Below, in pieces: positions 19,475 to 29,596 of a stretch of 64,000 nt of DNA; position 1 is the stretch's first letter; every line of letters starts with the position of its first letter. Below the pieces are notes generated by a model that saw nothing but the letters and a program-made list of their open reading frames with translations, had not been told where the DNA came from and ran no database searches. This stretch comes from Nitrososphaerota archaeon (GTDB lineage: Archaea; Thermoproteota; Nitrososphaeria_A; Caldarchaeales; Calditenuaceae). A program made the translations under genes and the position numbers. The stretch covers positions 70,065-134,064 of the forward strand of contig JAVQSZ010000002.1 in assembly GCA_033581555.1 (NCBI GenBank), read 5' to 3'.

Positions 19475-20980
19475 GTGAACTCCCAGTGGCCTTCACTTTC
19501 CAAGGAGCAAATCTTCGCGAGGCTGAGGGAATACGCCTCAGAGGACGCGGAGCCGTCGAGCGGGAGGCTCTTCACGATCGCCTTCGAGTCCGGCCTCGAC
19601 GACCTGAAGGAAATCGCCCTCGAGGCCTTCAGGGCCTTCATGGACAAGAACATGCTCGACTTCACGGAGTTCCCCAGCGTGATCAGGATGGAGAGAGATG
19701 TGGTCGGGATCGCGACAAGGTTGATGAACGGCGACGAGCAGGTCGCGGGGACCTACACCTTCGGCGGTACCGAGAGCGTCTTCCTCGCGGTGAAGGCCGC
19801 GCGCGACTGGTTCATCCTCGGGAGAGGAACGATCACGATCCCCGAGTTAGTGATCCCCGTCACCGCGCACCCGTGCTTCGACAAGGCCGCCGAGTACATG
19901 GGCCTAAAGGTCAAACGAGTGAAGGTGGACCCGGAGACGCTTCAGGCTGATGTCGAGGCCGTGAAGGAGGCGATCACGGAGAACACCGCGATGGTCGCAG
20001 CTTCTGCTCCGAACTGGCTCTTTGGGACTGTCGACCCAGTTAAGGAGATGGCCGAGGTCGCGCAGGACGGTCGCATCTGGTTCCACGTCGACGCTTGTGT
20101 CGGCGGCTTCGCGCTCCCGTTCATGAGGAAGCTGGGCGAGGACGTCCCGGACTTCGACTTCAGCGTCGAGGGGGTCACCTCGATATCGCTGGACCCGCAT
20201 AAGTACGCATACGCGCCCATAGGAGCATCGGTGGTCCTCTTCAGGAAGGAGTACTACAAGATGTATTCCCAGTTCGCCTGCCTGAGGTGGCCGGGTTACC
20301 CGATCGTGAACCCCGCCGTGCTCTCGTCGAGGTCCGCGGGACACCTGGCCTCCACGTGGGCAGTCCTCCACTACTTGGGCGAAGAGGGTTACCTGCGGCT
20401 CACCAGGTCGATAATCGAGGCGAGAGACCTGATCTCCCGCGGCGTGGAGAAGCTGGGTTACAGGGTTATGGGGAGGCCGACGGTCATACTCGCCTTCACC
20501 TCGGAAGACCTCAACCTCTTCAGGCTCTCCGACGAGATGACGAAGAGGGGCTGGTACCTCTTGCCTCAGAGGGGCGTCCCTGAGATGGGGATACCCCCAA
20601 GCGTCCACCTCACGATCACTCCGCTCAACAGGAGAACCTGCGATGAGATGGTGAGGGACCTGGAGGAGTGCACCGATCTCGTGAGGAGGCTCCCGCCCAG
20701 CGAAGCAGAGGGACTGATCGAGGGACTAGGTCTGATCATGCGGCTGATCACGCCCCAGGAGTTCGACCTGGCCTCATTGGGGGCTCTGATGAGGGAGCTT
20801 GAAAGGAGCCTAGAGGTCTACGGCCCCGCGCTCCTCAAGGCCCTTGGCCTGAAGGAGGGCCTCCCCAAGGAGATGTCGACTATATATCAGCTCTTCAACA
20901 ACCTGCCGCCGAGTGTCACGGAGCTCCTCGTGAACTACGTTGTCATACAGCTCTTCCGGGGAGCCGGACGACCCGTGTGA
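19475..20980 (+). CDS. PLP-dependent group II decarboxylase family protein (sphingosine-1-phosphate-lyase / glutamate-decarboxylase-like)
   Basis: 501 aa. PLP-lysine motif SISLDPHKYAYAPIG (S-x-x-x-D-x-HK); Gly-rich TFGGTESV. Confidence 0.65.
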   Translation: MNSQWPSLSKEQIFARLREYASEDAEPSSGRLFTIAFESGLDDLKEIALEAFRAFMDKNMLDFTEFPSVIRMERDVVGIATRLMNGDEQVAGTYTFGGTESVFLAVKAARDWFILGRGTITIPELVIPVTAHPCFDKAAEYMGLKVKRVKVDPETLQADVEAVKEAITENTAMVAASAPNWLFGTVDPVKEMAEVAQDGRIWFHVDACVGGFALPFMRKLGEDVPDFDFSVEGVTSISLDPHKYAYAPIGASVVLFRKEYYKMYSQFACLRWPGYPIVNPAVLSSRSAGHLASTWAVLHYLGEEGYLRLTRSIIEARDLISRGVEKLGYRVMGRPTVILAFTSEDLNLFRLSDEMTKRGWYLLPQRGVPEMGIPPSVHLTITPLNRRTCDEMVRDLEECTDLVRRLPPSEAEGLIEGLGLIMRLITPQEFDLASLGALMRELERSLEVYGPALLKALGLKEGLPKEMSTIYQLFNNLPPSVTELLVNYVVIQLFRGAGRPV

Positions 20981-21009
20981 ACTCCGCACCTGTAGTGCGT
21001 ATCTGACCG

Positions 21010-22629
21010 TTATGGTTGCTGACTTTTCGTTGACCTTTCAATGAAATAATTCTTGTACATCTCGCGAAGGGCCTTCTTGTCGAACTTCCCTGTCCCTGTT
21101 TTCGGTATCGATTCGACGAAGATTATTTCATCGGGTAACTGCCACTTAGCCACCCGTTCTCTCAGGTGATCGATTATCTCTGCCTTACCGATTTTGTTCA
21201 CGTAATCGCCCTTGAGTACAACAAAAGCCAGAGGCCTCTCCTGCCATACCTCGTGTGGAACCCCCACGACGGCTGCTTCGAGTACAGCGGGGTGACTCAT
21301 TATGAGATTCTCTAAGTCAACCGATGAGATCCATTCTCCCCCGCTCCTTATGAGGTCTTTGTATCTATCGACTATCTGAATGTAGCCCTTTTCATCAATA
21401 GTCGCCGCATCACCAGTTCTCAACCATCCTCCACAGAAGGATTGAGCTGTCCTCTCTGGGTCCTTGAAGTACGAGTCGATAACCCACGCTCCCCTGAACA
21501 GTAGTTCTCCGACCGACTTCCCATCCCGAGGAAGCTCGTTCCCCTCCTGATCCACGACCTTGACCTCGATGCCGGGGACCGGTATTCCCTGCTTGAGCTT
21601 GACCCTCCTCACCTCCTCCTCGTTGCCGTCGATGTCCCTCTTGAGCCAGTTGACCACCGCGGCTGGCCCCTCGGTCATCCCCCACGCGTGCACTACCTCC
21701 ACACCTAATTCCTCGAACTCGTTCAATATCGCCGGCGTGAGAGAGGCTCCTCCGACGATGACCCTCTTCAGGCTGCTGATGTCGTAGTTCCGGGTTTTGT
21801 TGAGGTGATTGAGGAAGTTGATCCAGACGGTCGGTGCGCCTGCGGTCACGGTCACCCTTTCGCCCTCTATCAGCTCAGCGAGCCTCTGAGGGGTAGGATG
21901 TGGACCGGGTAGGACGATCTTCGCTCCCGCTATCATCGAGGAGAAGGGGAGGAACCATCCGACCGCATGGAAAAGCGGGACCTGTAGGAGCACCACGTCA
22001 CGGTCCGTCAGGTTGAAGAACTGAGGGAGACAGAGCGCCAGCCCAGCGATGAACACGCTTCTGTGGCTGTGAATCACTCCCTTGGGAGGCCCAGTCGTTC
22101 CGCTCGTGTAGAGGAGGAACGCCGGCGCGTTCTCGTCTAGGCTGTCGGGGAACTCGAAGCCCTGCTGGCCGTTCTCCAGTAATTTCTCATACGACGCGAC
22201 CCCTGACCGGTGTTCCGTCTGATCCTCCCCCATGATTACGCATCTGAGGTCGTGCCTGCCCAATTCCGCGAAGGCGGCGTACTGGTCTTCGTCGACGAAG
22301 ACGATCTTGTCGTCCGCGTGGTTGAGAATGTAACCTATTTCACGCTTCGAAAGTCTGAGGTTCAACGTGTGCAGGACGGCGCCCATGCAGGGGACGGCGT
22401 AGTACAGCTCGAGGTGACGGTGAGTGTTCCACGCGAGCGTTCCCACGACGTCGGCCTCGCCTACACCTAAGCCCCGGAGAGCTGAGCCGAGCCGCTTTAC
22501 CCTTTCGTAAAACTCAGTGTAGCTGTATCTTAAAATTTCACCGTCCGATTTATAAGAAGCTATCTCCTGACTTCCGAATAATAAGGCCGCACGCCTGAGG
22601 ACGCAGATTAAACTCAACTGAAAGACCAC
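21010..22629 (-). CDS. AMP-forming acyl-CoA synthetase / fatty-acid-CoA ligase
   Basis: 539 aa. AMP-binding P-loop LLYTSGTTGPPKGV; later YRTGDAA... and GKFDKKALRE C-terminal lysine motif. Confidence 0.85.
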   Translation of the reverse strand: MVFQLSLICVLRRAALLFGSQEIASYKSDGEILRYSYTEFYERVKRLGSALRGLGVGEADVVGTLAWNTHRHLELYYAVPCMGAVLHTLNLRLSKREIGYILNHADDKIVFVDEDQYAAFAELGRHDLRCVIMGEDQTEHRSGVASYEKLLENGQQGFEFPDSLDENAPAFLLYTSGTTGPPKGVIHSHRSVFIAGLALCLPQFFNLTDRDVVLLQVPLFHAVGWFLPFSSMIAGAKIVLPGPHPTPQRLAELIEGERVTVTAGAPTVWINFLNHLNKTRNYDISSLKRVIVGGASLTPAILNEFEELGVEVVHAWGMTEGPAAVVNWLKRDIDGNEEEVRRVKLKQGIPVPGIEVKVVDQEGNELPRDGKSVGELLFRGAWVIDSYFKDPERTAQSFCGGWLRTGDAATIDEKGYIQIVDRYKDLIRSGGEWISSVDLENLIMSHPAVLEAAVVGVPHEVWQERPLAFVVLKGDYVNKIGKAEIIDHLRERVAKWQLPDEIIFVESIPKTGTGKFDKKALREMYKNYFIERSTKSQQP

Positions 22630-22714
22630 GCCTTTGCGACGGTGAACCTAAATTTTAAGCCTTTCCTTTATTGCTCATTAGGTCGGTCATAGATTTATTA
22701 ACCACGAGGGGGTA

Positions 22715-24181
22715 GTGAAAGAGATGATCAGAAACCCAGAAGATTATATAGCGAGCATACAGGACGGCAGGGAAGTCTATTACATGGGTAAGAGGGTTAG
22801 CGACATCGCCGGCCACCCGTCCCTCAGGATCCCGCTCCATCACGCAAAAAGGATGTACGAACTGAGGAGCGACCCAGCCTACAGGGCTACACTCGTCTAC
22901 GAGGACGAGAGGTTCGGTCCCGTCAGCTCCTTCTTCAAGGTACCTAGGAGTGAGCAGGACCTAGTGGAACGCGCAGAGACGATCGGTGCCCTCACGAGGG
23001 CCTGCAACGGGATATTCAACATCACGCAGGCGATAGGAAGCGACGCCCTGTTCGCGCTGATGATAATCACGAAGAGGCTGGAGAAGGAGCAGGGCAAGGG
23101 CGAATACCACGAGAGGCTGATGAGGTATTACGAGCACGTCGTGACCCGGGACTTGGCGCTAGCGACGGCCCAGATGGACGTCAAGGGGGATCGGTCCAAG
23201 AGGCCCCACGAGCAGCCCGACCCCGACCTCTACCTACGGGTCGTGGAGGTGAGCGAGGGCGGAATCGTGGTCTGCGGTGCCAAGGCCCACACGACCCAGA
23301 GCGTAGTCGCCGACGAGCTGTTCTTCATCCCCAGCAGGGCAATGACCGAGAAGGACCAAGACTACTCCGTTGCCTTCGCGATCCCCGCAAACGCGAAGGG
23401 CCTCAAGTTCATCGTGAGGCCCCTGTTGGAGTTCGACGGTTACGCGGAGAAGGAGGACGCCCCGCTCAGCTCGTCGAACCTCGAGGCCGAGACGCTCACG
23501 GTCCTTGACCACGTCTTCGTCCCATGGGACCGGGTCTTCCTCTTCAAGGAGTGGAGGTTAGCCGGCGAGCTCGCGAACCTATTCGCAACCTACCACAGGT
23601 ATACGGCGGTCAGTTACCGGTCCGTCCTGGTCGACCTCTTCTTAGGCGCGGCGAGGCTGGCGGCCGCTTGCAACGGCATCGAGAACGCGCCGCACGTCAG
23701 GGACGACATCTTGGACATAGTCCTCTACAAGGAGATCATGCGCATGGCCACGAGGATGGCCGCGTTGAAGGCGATCCGCGACCCCGAAACGGGGATCCTC
23801 GTGCCGAACCCCGTCTACACAAACATCGGCAAGCTGTACTCGAACGCCTTCTTCCCAGTCGTGATCAAGAACCTGATCGACATAGCTGGAGGACTCGTCT
23901 CCACCCTTCCCTCGACCGCAGAGCTCAAGAACCCGGCCACTGGGCACTACATAGAGAAGTTCATGCAGGGCAGTCCGAAGTTCAGCGGGCTGGATCGATT
24001 CAAAGTCATGAGACTCGTGCGGGAGCTGGCTGGAGGGCCCCTGACCGGATACCTGTTAGGCGCCATGATACACGCGGAGGGATCCGTCGCCGCCAGCAAG
24101 ATCGCGCTCTACAGGGACTACGACTTCGCCGAGGCCGAGAGGCTCGCCATGAAGGTAGCGGGGCTGAGCGAGGGAGAGTGA
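22715..24181 (+). CDS. HpaB / 4-hydroxybutyryl-CoA dehydratase family protein (4-hydroxyphenylacetate 3-monooxygenase-like fold)
   Basis: 488 aa. Family-level resemblance from the N-terminus (EDYIASIQDGREVYYMGKRV) and length. Only three scattered Cys, so no clear AbfD-type [4Fe-4S] ligand set. Subfamily not resolved. Confidence 0.55.
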   Translation: MKEMIRNPEDYIASIQDGREVYYMGKRVSDIAGHPSLRIPLHHAKRMYELRSDPAYRATLVYEDERFGPVSSFFKVPRSEQDLVERAETIGALTRACNGIFNITQAIGSDALFALMIITKRLEKEQGKGEYHERLMRYYEHVVTRDLALATAQMDVKGDRSKRPHEQPDPDLYLRVVEVSEGGIVVCGAKAHTTQSVVADELFFIPSRAMTEKDQDYSVAFAIPANAKGLKFIVRPLLEFDGYAEKEDAPLSSSNLEAETLTVLDHVFVPWDRVFLFKEWRLAGELANLFATYHRYTAVSYRSVLVDLFLGAARLAAACNGIENAPHVRDDILDIVLYKEIMRMATRMAALKAIRDPETGILVPNPVYTNIGKLYSNAFFPVVIKNLIDIAGGLVSTLPSTAELKNPATGHYIEKFMQGSPKFSGLDRFKVMRLVRELAGGPLTGYLLGAMIHAEGSVAASKIALYRDYDFAEAERLAMKVAGLSEGE

Positions 24182-24194
24182 GTCACCCGATAGT

Positions 24195-24248
24195 CCGAAG
24201 GCGAACTCGAGCTCCGAACTTCGGCGATCACAAGCCCCCTTTTCGCTT
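24195..24248 (+). terminator. Candidate transcription terminator downstream of the HpaB-like gene
   Basis: Inverted repeat CCGAAG(24195-24200)/CTTCGG(24219-24224), followed by C5T4-rich tract CCCCCTTTTCGCTT (24235-24248). Archaeal terminators are typically oligo-T tracts. Confidence 0.3.
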
Positions 24249-24284
24249 AACCGGAGCGAAATCGACCTCTGACCGACAGCTCGG

Positions 24285-25181
24285 TCAACGTGTGAAAGTC
24301 TGATGAGATACCTCGTAACGCGAGTACTTGATCATCCCGAGTCCCGCTGTCCTCTCGTCGCCGACGTTGAAGAGTTCCCCCAGCTTGAGAAGCGCATCGG
24401 TGAACCTCATGAAGGTCTCGGACATCAGCGAGTCTGAGGGTATTACGTAGTGGACCCTCCCCAAGAATCCGATGCTCGCCCCACCCCGTTTCAATGAGAC
24501 AGTCTTTATGCCCTTCGGATAGCCAGAGCACGCAACCCCCCCGGCCTTCAGCCACCTCCTGTACGCCTCATTAGGAACTGGCGTCTCGCCGAGGTTGGCA
24601 ACCCAGAAGTTAAGGAGGCTCACCAACAGCCTCTCAGGATCGGGGAACATCACGTTGCGCGGAGGAGCCAGCCACACTCGATCACCGCTTAGGCCCAGCA
24701 GATCGGACACGTCCCTCGGCGGCGCGGTAAACCTTGTGGGTGTGATGAAGCGTACCGCGAATCTGTTCACCGGGACTGACCTCTTCCAGAGCTCTCGAAG
24801 TTCTATCAATCTGAAGTCGATGGCCTCAACTTTGCACTCAGTTCCGTTGAATGAGACCTTGTTGAGCGCCATTATTCCTTTGCTGAGCGCTCCACTGAGT
24901 CGTTCACCGAGAGCAGTTACGTTGAAGTAGAAAATCTTCTCAGGAAGTAAATACCTGTACACGGGCTCCGCAGTTGCTGCATCGATCACCGGCGTGACAG
25001 AGTAGGGCGCCGGCTTATTTGTTGAGTGAATCTCGTCAGCCAAGCTACCGTCAACCGAGGACAATATATTGTAAAATAATCCCTGTACCGCGTATCCACT
25101 GTAATCTGAGAAAGTGATCGGCGCTCTGGTTTTGAACGAGATAGTGAACCTCGCGCACAATTCTTGGGAGTCGTATTTCAT
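24285..25181 (-). CDS. cas6: Cas6-like CRISPR RNA endoribonuclease (last gene of the type I-A cassette)
   Basis: 298 aa. Its position after cas8a and a C-terminal glycine-rich segment (KRGGASIGFLGRVHY) fit the Cas6 G-rich loop. The rest of the assignment rests on operon context. Confidence 0.55.
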   Translation of the reverse strand: MKYDSQELCARFTISFKTRAPITFSDYSGYAVQGLFYNILSSVDGSLADEIHSTNKPAPYSVTPVIDAATAEPVYRYLLPEKIFYFNVTALGERLSGALSKGIMALNKVSFNGTECKVEAIDFRLIELRELWKRSVPVNRFAVRFITPTRFTAPPRDVSDLLGLSGDRVWLAPPRNVMFPDPERLLVSLLNFWVANLGETPVPNEAYRRWLKAGGVACSGYPKGIKTVSLKRGGASIGFLGRVHYVIPSDSLMSETFMRFTDALLKLGELFNVGDERTAGLGMIKYSRYEVSHQTFTR

Positions 25182-26311
25182 ATCGCTCTGCTGAGTTTCC
25201 TTGCGATTCTCAGACTTCTCCTCTGAAGCATGTACAAATTGAAATCCTTGTCGCCTCTGTTAGGAAGTTTGTTCGTGTCCATCAACACCCAACGCATGAA
25301 CTCCCTGTCAACCGTGTATACGAACTCCTCATAAGGCTTGAGACCGTGTATGACCTCATAGAGGAGAACAGAATATCTGATCGCTGCGGCCCTCTCGGAG
25401 CCGCTGTTAGTCGCGTCCAGCGCCACCTCGAGGAGCCCATGGAAGTCGTCCGCCACCCCGTTACCGTCTATGATACCGCATCTTCTCAGCTCTGCGTAGG
25501 TCCGATCGAGTCTCATGGTCATCGAAGTGAAGATCGATGCTGGTGCGCTCCCCCCGGGCTCTCTAATCGCGTATACGGATACGCTCGTCGAGCGCATGAG
25601 GCTCGCCATCAGTAGGTGGAGTGCCGACTCGGGGAAGAGTCCCGCCAAACGTCCCTTTCTCTTACCTACATAAGTGCTTAGGTCCTTGTAGCCGGTTTGA
25701 TGCGAAATAATGCGCTCCGCGTTGATGGTGAAGCCCCTCTCCGTCGAGGACGTCAGCGGGGTCACCACGACCGTAACGTAGTCGTTCACTCCTACCAACG
25801 TCCTGCCTACCGCGCATCCGAGGTAACCGCATAACGCGAGCGCTATCGAAGATAATGGGTATTTTTTGCTTTTAATGAGGCCAGCCGTAGAATAGCCTGG
25901 AACCCTGTTGTGTTCATAGAACTCAGGCTTGAGTATTTCTATCAGTCTAAAATTTTCATTCGAGGACACGACGGAACGCAAATTGTCCTTCACCAGCTTC
26001 AAGAAAGAAAGGGCGTCTATCCCTTCATCTCGCTTTCCGAGTTCTCGCAATATCTCTACCATCACTTTCTTATCGTTCCCACTCATCGGCAGCCTGAGAG
26101 AGACCCCCTTACTCACCGATGCTTGCTTCTCTTCCAGAAGTTGTTCCACTGCTTCTAATGCGTTTTCTAAGGCCTTTACAGGTCTAGGACCGTCTACGAT
26201 TATTTCCGTAGGCGTTACGGTTATTCTGTACGCAGGGTCTAAATGGAACAATAATCCGAGTAGACAATCAGTAGCGAATTTGGGGAGAAGCTTTATTGTA
26301 AGCGTAGGCAC
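25178..26311 (-). CDS. cas8a: Cas8a-like large subunit candidate (Cas8a2/Csa4-type) of type I-A Cascade
   Basis: 377 aa with no clear motif. Assigned from its canonical position between cas3'' and cas6 in I-A cassettes and from its size; overlaps both flanking genes by 4 and 1 nt. Confidence 0.4.
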   Translation of the reverse strand: MPTLTIKLLPKFATDCLLGLLFHLDPAYRITVTPTEIIVDGPRPVKALENALEAVEQLLEEKQASVSKGVSLRLPMSGNDKKVMVEILRELGKRDEGIDALSFLKLVKDNLRSVVSSNENFRLIEILKPEFYEHNRVPGYSTAGLIKSKKYPLSSIALALCGYLGCAVGRTLVGVNDYVTVVVTPLTSSTERGFTINAERIISHQTGYKDLSTYVGKRKGRLAGLFPESALHLLMASLMRSTSVSVYAIREPGGSAPASIFTSMTMRLDRTYAELRRCGIIDGNGVADDFHGLLEVALDATNSGSERAAAIRYSVLLYEVIHGLKPYEEFVYTVDREFMRWVLMDTNKLPNRGDKDFNLYMLQRRSLRIARKLSRAI

Positions 26312-27129
26312 TAAACTTCACCTCCTAATGCGCTCTTCAGCTCCTCGATGAATTGAGTACGACTAGATGTCGATTCGTCGCTCCGCCTGCTCTCGGAAGC
26401 ATCTAGGTTGTCTCCTATCAATATCGGTAAGAGAATCAAAACATACCCCTTCAGCTTCTTTCTCCTGGTAGAATCTTCTTCAAAATTCGATATGCTTTTC
26501 ATCAGCTCTACGACTTCCTCAAAAGATATCTTCTCAGCTAGCGCTTCGTGAACGTGATAGGTCTCTATCCCCGTTCGTCTAGATATGTAATCGGACAAGT
26601 TGGAGAGATATTCTCTCTTGATATATCCACCGGTTTTTATCAAGTGGATAAACTTGTCGCGAATTTCTCTGTGCTCGCCGCTAAGATAAGTCACATCGAA
26701 CGTGAAAGCCTCTTTGAAGTTATCGAAAGTCCTACCCATGGCGTGCAGATGATCCAAAACAGCGAGAACAGTCAAGTGTGTGAGATCGCTCTTCTCTCCT
26801 AAACTGTCAAAAACTCTCTTAAGGTATACAGCTGAAAACACCTCATGTAGGTAGAAGCCAGACGCCCTTCCCTCTATAGGGGTGCAATCGTCTTCGTAAT
26901 TGACTTGGTATGCTTCGATAGCCTTTCCTACGTCATGAAACACGCCGGCGATCATAATACTCTGCTTGATCTCCTCGGGCGAGGTCCCTATACCTAAGAC
27001 TCTGAGGCGTCCCGAAACAGTCTCGTGGTAGCCGTTATCGATTATCTTCTCAACATATTTCAGGACTCCTTCGGTGTGTCGTATCAGCGATTGACCTCTA
27101 TAAGCACACGGCTTGCAGTCGGTCACCAC
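26311..27129 (-). CDS. cas3'': Cas3'' HD nuclease domain protein (split Cas3, type I-A)
   Basis: 272 aa. HD-domain metal motifs H..(GVFHDVGK) and downstream His (DHLHAMG); a standalone HD gene immediately after a DExH helicase gene. Confidence 0.75.
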   Translation of the reverse strand: MVTDCKPCAYRGQSLIRHTEGVLKYVEKIIDNGYHETVSGRLRVLGIGTSPEEIKQSIMIAGVFHDVGKAIEAYQVNYEDDCTPIEGRASGFYLHEVFSAVYLKRVFDSLGEKSDLTHLTVLAVLDHLHAMGRTFDNFKEAFTFDVTYLSGEHREIRDKFIHLIKTGGYIKREYLSNLSDYISRRTGIETYHVHEALAEKISFEEVVELMKSISNFEEDSTRRKKLKGYVLILLPILIGDNLDASESRRSDESTSSRTQFIEELKSALGGEV

Positions 27130-28796
27130 TGCATACCTACCTCCTCATCATAGCCTTCTAAAATTACCGCTGCTATGTTATTCATCACGAATTGCTTCGA
27201 TAGGCAGTCCGCTCTCGATGACAGTCTGATGTCTTTACGCCGCACAATTTCCTTTGACTCGGTGACGAACTCCTTGATCCGCTCGGAGTCGAACAGCCTC
27301 CAAAATTCTTCGTCTCCTATCGTGAATATTAGATTAATTCGCTCCTGAGGGTTCTTTACGAAGGTATCCGCGTATGCTCTGGGAACGACCGGAATCATCT
27401 CTCCCTCACGAACGAACCCACAATAAGCCTCCCACACTTTTACAGCAACCCTTGCAGAGAGGGATGGATAAAAGTCCACCAGCCTCAGCTGATAGAGCAG
27501 GCTCCTGTCTACGAGCCGGGTTTCAACGTAATCGTCATAAACCTCGAGTAGTGCGGTAGACAACTCTCTCATCCCCAGGAGCTTTCGAAGGGTCTTCTCA
27601 ACCAGCTCTTCGGCGTACACACTCTTTCCGCCCTCGCTCAGTGGATATATGAGCACCTTACCAGATCCGCCTTTCCTCGCTACTCTACCGGCCCTCTGAA
27701 TGAGCGAGTCTGGTGGAGCGGCCTCGGTTATCAGAGCGTCGAAGCTCATGTCTACGCCCGCTTCAAAAATCTGTGTGGCTACAACAACGCACGGCCCTCT
27801 CTCTACTTCGGAAAGCCTCCGTCTTCTCTCGGCCTCAATCATCTTCGCGTGAAGTATTACAGGCTTGATCCCTTCCTTCTGCAAGGACCTGTAAATCTCA
27901 ATCGCGTTTCTTACCGTATTGGCGATAACTAATACGCGGCTGAACCTCCTCGCGGCTTCAACTATCTGACTTAATTTATCCTCTTCTCCCACTATTTCTA
28001 CATCGATCTGTCTTTTAACAAATCCAAGATCAGATTGTGAAGGCATTATCTCTTTTATGAGTGAATCCTCTAACACTCTTTCGACCTCTTCTTTTATTTT
28101 GTTTTTAATTAGTTGAGGCATCGTCGCTGTAGATATTATAACGGGAACTCCCATTTCTAGTAAGCCTATTATGCTTGTAATCGCAGAAGTTAACATTTTG
28201 CTTCGCCCATTCACAATAGAATTCGAGCTTACAAAGAGGTGAAATTCATCGAAGACTACTGTCGCGGAGTAAATGCAGCCCCTAGGCACCTCATAGTGAG
28301 CGTAGCCCTTAGTAAAGAGTTTCTTTAATTCTACCGGAGGGATCTTATATAATGAAGAGACGAACGTATCGAGGGTTGTGATGACGAACCTCTTACATAA
28401 CATAGGACTTCCCGGAGAGCTCATCTGTTGAAGGCCTACTTCATCCCCAGCCAGTGGAAGCCCGGTTTCACTCAATCTCCCCACATAATCCCGCATCCTC
28501 TTCAGCATGTGTGTCCCTATCGAGCGCATAGGTAGGACGTGTATCACCCTCTGCCCTAAGTCAGCCCTCCCTTGTTTAATTGCGGCGTAAATGGTGAGAG
28601 AGAGGGTACTCTTGCCGTAGCCCGTTGGGGCCTCAAGAAAGATAAGAGTCCTCGACTCCTCTCTTACCCCCTCTTCAAGGGCTGAGAGGGTCTTTTCTAA
28701 CAAGGGCCTCGCGTCTCCGTTGAAGAGTTTGCGGCTGATGTCCTGATAGACCTCACTCAAAGACTGCGAGCCCATCATCCCCCACCCTGTAAGCAT
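27123..28796 (-). CDS. cas3': Cas3' DExH helicase (split Cas3, type I-A)
   Basis: 557 aa. Walker A EAPTGYGKST, DExH box VVFDEFH, motif VI QRAGRVARKG. The start may be a slightly internal Met, since the ORF overlaps cas5 by 44 nt. Confidence 0.8.
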   Translation of the reverse strand: MLTGWGMMGSQSLSEVYQDISRKLFNGDARPLLEKTLSALEEGVREESRTLIFLEAPTGYGKSTLSLTIYAAIKQGRADLGQRVIHVLPMRSIGTHMLKRMRDYVGRLSETGLPLAGDEVGLQQMSSPGSPMLCKRFVITTLDTFVSSLYKIPPVELKKLFTKGYAHYEVPRGCIYSATVVFDEFHLFVSSNSIVNGRSKMLTSAITSIIGLLEMGVPVIISTATMPQLIKNKIKEEVERVLEDSLIKEIMPSQSDLGFVKRQIDVEIVGEEDKLSQIVEAARRFSRVLVIANTVRNAIEIYRSLQKEGIKPVILHAKMIEAERRRRLSEVERGPCVVVATQIFEAGVDMSFDALITEAAPPDSLIQRAGRVARKGGSGKVLIYPLSEGGKSVYAEELVEKTLRKLLGMRELSTALLEVYDDYVETRLVDRSLLYQLRLVDFYPSLSARVAVKVWEAYCGFVREGEMIPVVPRAYADTFVKNPQERINLIFTIGDEEFWRLFDSERIKEFVTESKEIVRRKDIRLSSRADCLSKQFVMNNIAAVILEGYDEEVGMQW

Positions 28797-29586
28797 CGTG
28801 CCTCTCAGCCAACTTGATCCTCATCCAGCAGCTCGAGACCGGGTCCCTACTGCCCGGGATGATGTATTCTTCCGTCTCAGGCTCACCGACCCATCGGTAG
28901 TCAAGCGCCCAGAAGGACTCCGTATAAACACCTGATAGGGCGTACGGTCCGCCTCCGTATTCTAAGACGTCTTCCACCAGCCTCTTAGGGTGGTAGAAAC
29001 GGGTTCTATACTCCCGTCCGATCATTACGGCCTTCCTGAGGTCTGCCTGCTCGACCGAGACGATGCCCTCTTTTGAGCCGAGAGCTGTAATCGAGTTAGC
29101 CGCCACGAGTAGCTTGTGCTCCCAGTCTTTCCCGAGCTTCTCCTCAGCTAGCTCCTCCTTGACGAGCAGGCCTAACGTTAACAATCCCGAGGGCATGTAG
29201 ATTTTACCCGTGGGAACGACGTTGAACCTGTACAGTGGGTCCCCCCGCCTACTGGGCCTCTGGAACTGCAGGATTTGATATCTCACTATGTCCTCCCAGT
29301 ATTTTCCGACGCGTTTCTCTCCGCCTTCCTCTTCCACGAAGAACGCAGATGCCGAAGCGAAGATGTCCTTATAGAGTTCTGCGCTCGATCCAATCACCGC
29401 CTTCCCCATCTGTGATACGGTGATAAGTTCTCCTGTCTTGCCCATCACGCACAATGGCTTTGATATCGCTCCGATGATCGTTGTTGGTGGGGGAGGTGAG
29501 GAGTAGGCGTGCTGGACTTTCGATACTAGGGGGGTCTTGACGCTGAAACCCCAACATAGTCTGAGATCGATCGTCAAGCTCATCAT
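28753..29586 (-). CDS. cas5: Cas5 (Cas5a, type I-A)
   Basis: 277 aa. N-terminal Cas5 signature ...AYSSPPPPTTIIGAISKPL (PPP[ST]TI[IV]G), glycine-rich loop. Confidence 0.75.
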   Translation of the reverse strand: MMSLTIDLRLCWGFSVKTPLVSKVQHAYSSPPPPTTIIGAISKPLCVMGKTGELITVSQMGKAVIGSSAELYKDIFASASAFFVEEEGGEKRVGKYWEDIVRYQILQFQRPSRRGDPLYRFNVVPTGKIYMPSGLLTLGLLVKEELAEEKLGKDWEHKLLVAANSITALGSKEGIVSVEQADLRKAVMIGREYRTRFYHPKRLVEDVLEYGGGPYALSGVYTESFWALDYRWVGEPETEEYIIPGSRDPVSSCWMRIKLAERHDAYRVGDDGLAVFE

Positions 29587-29596
29587 GGTTGATCTA

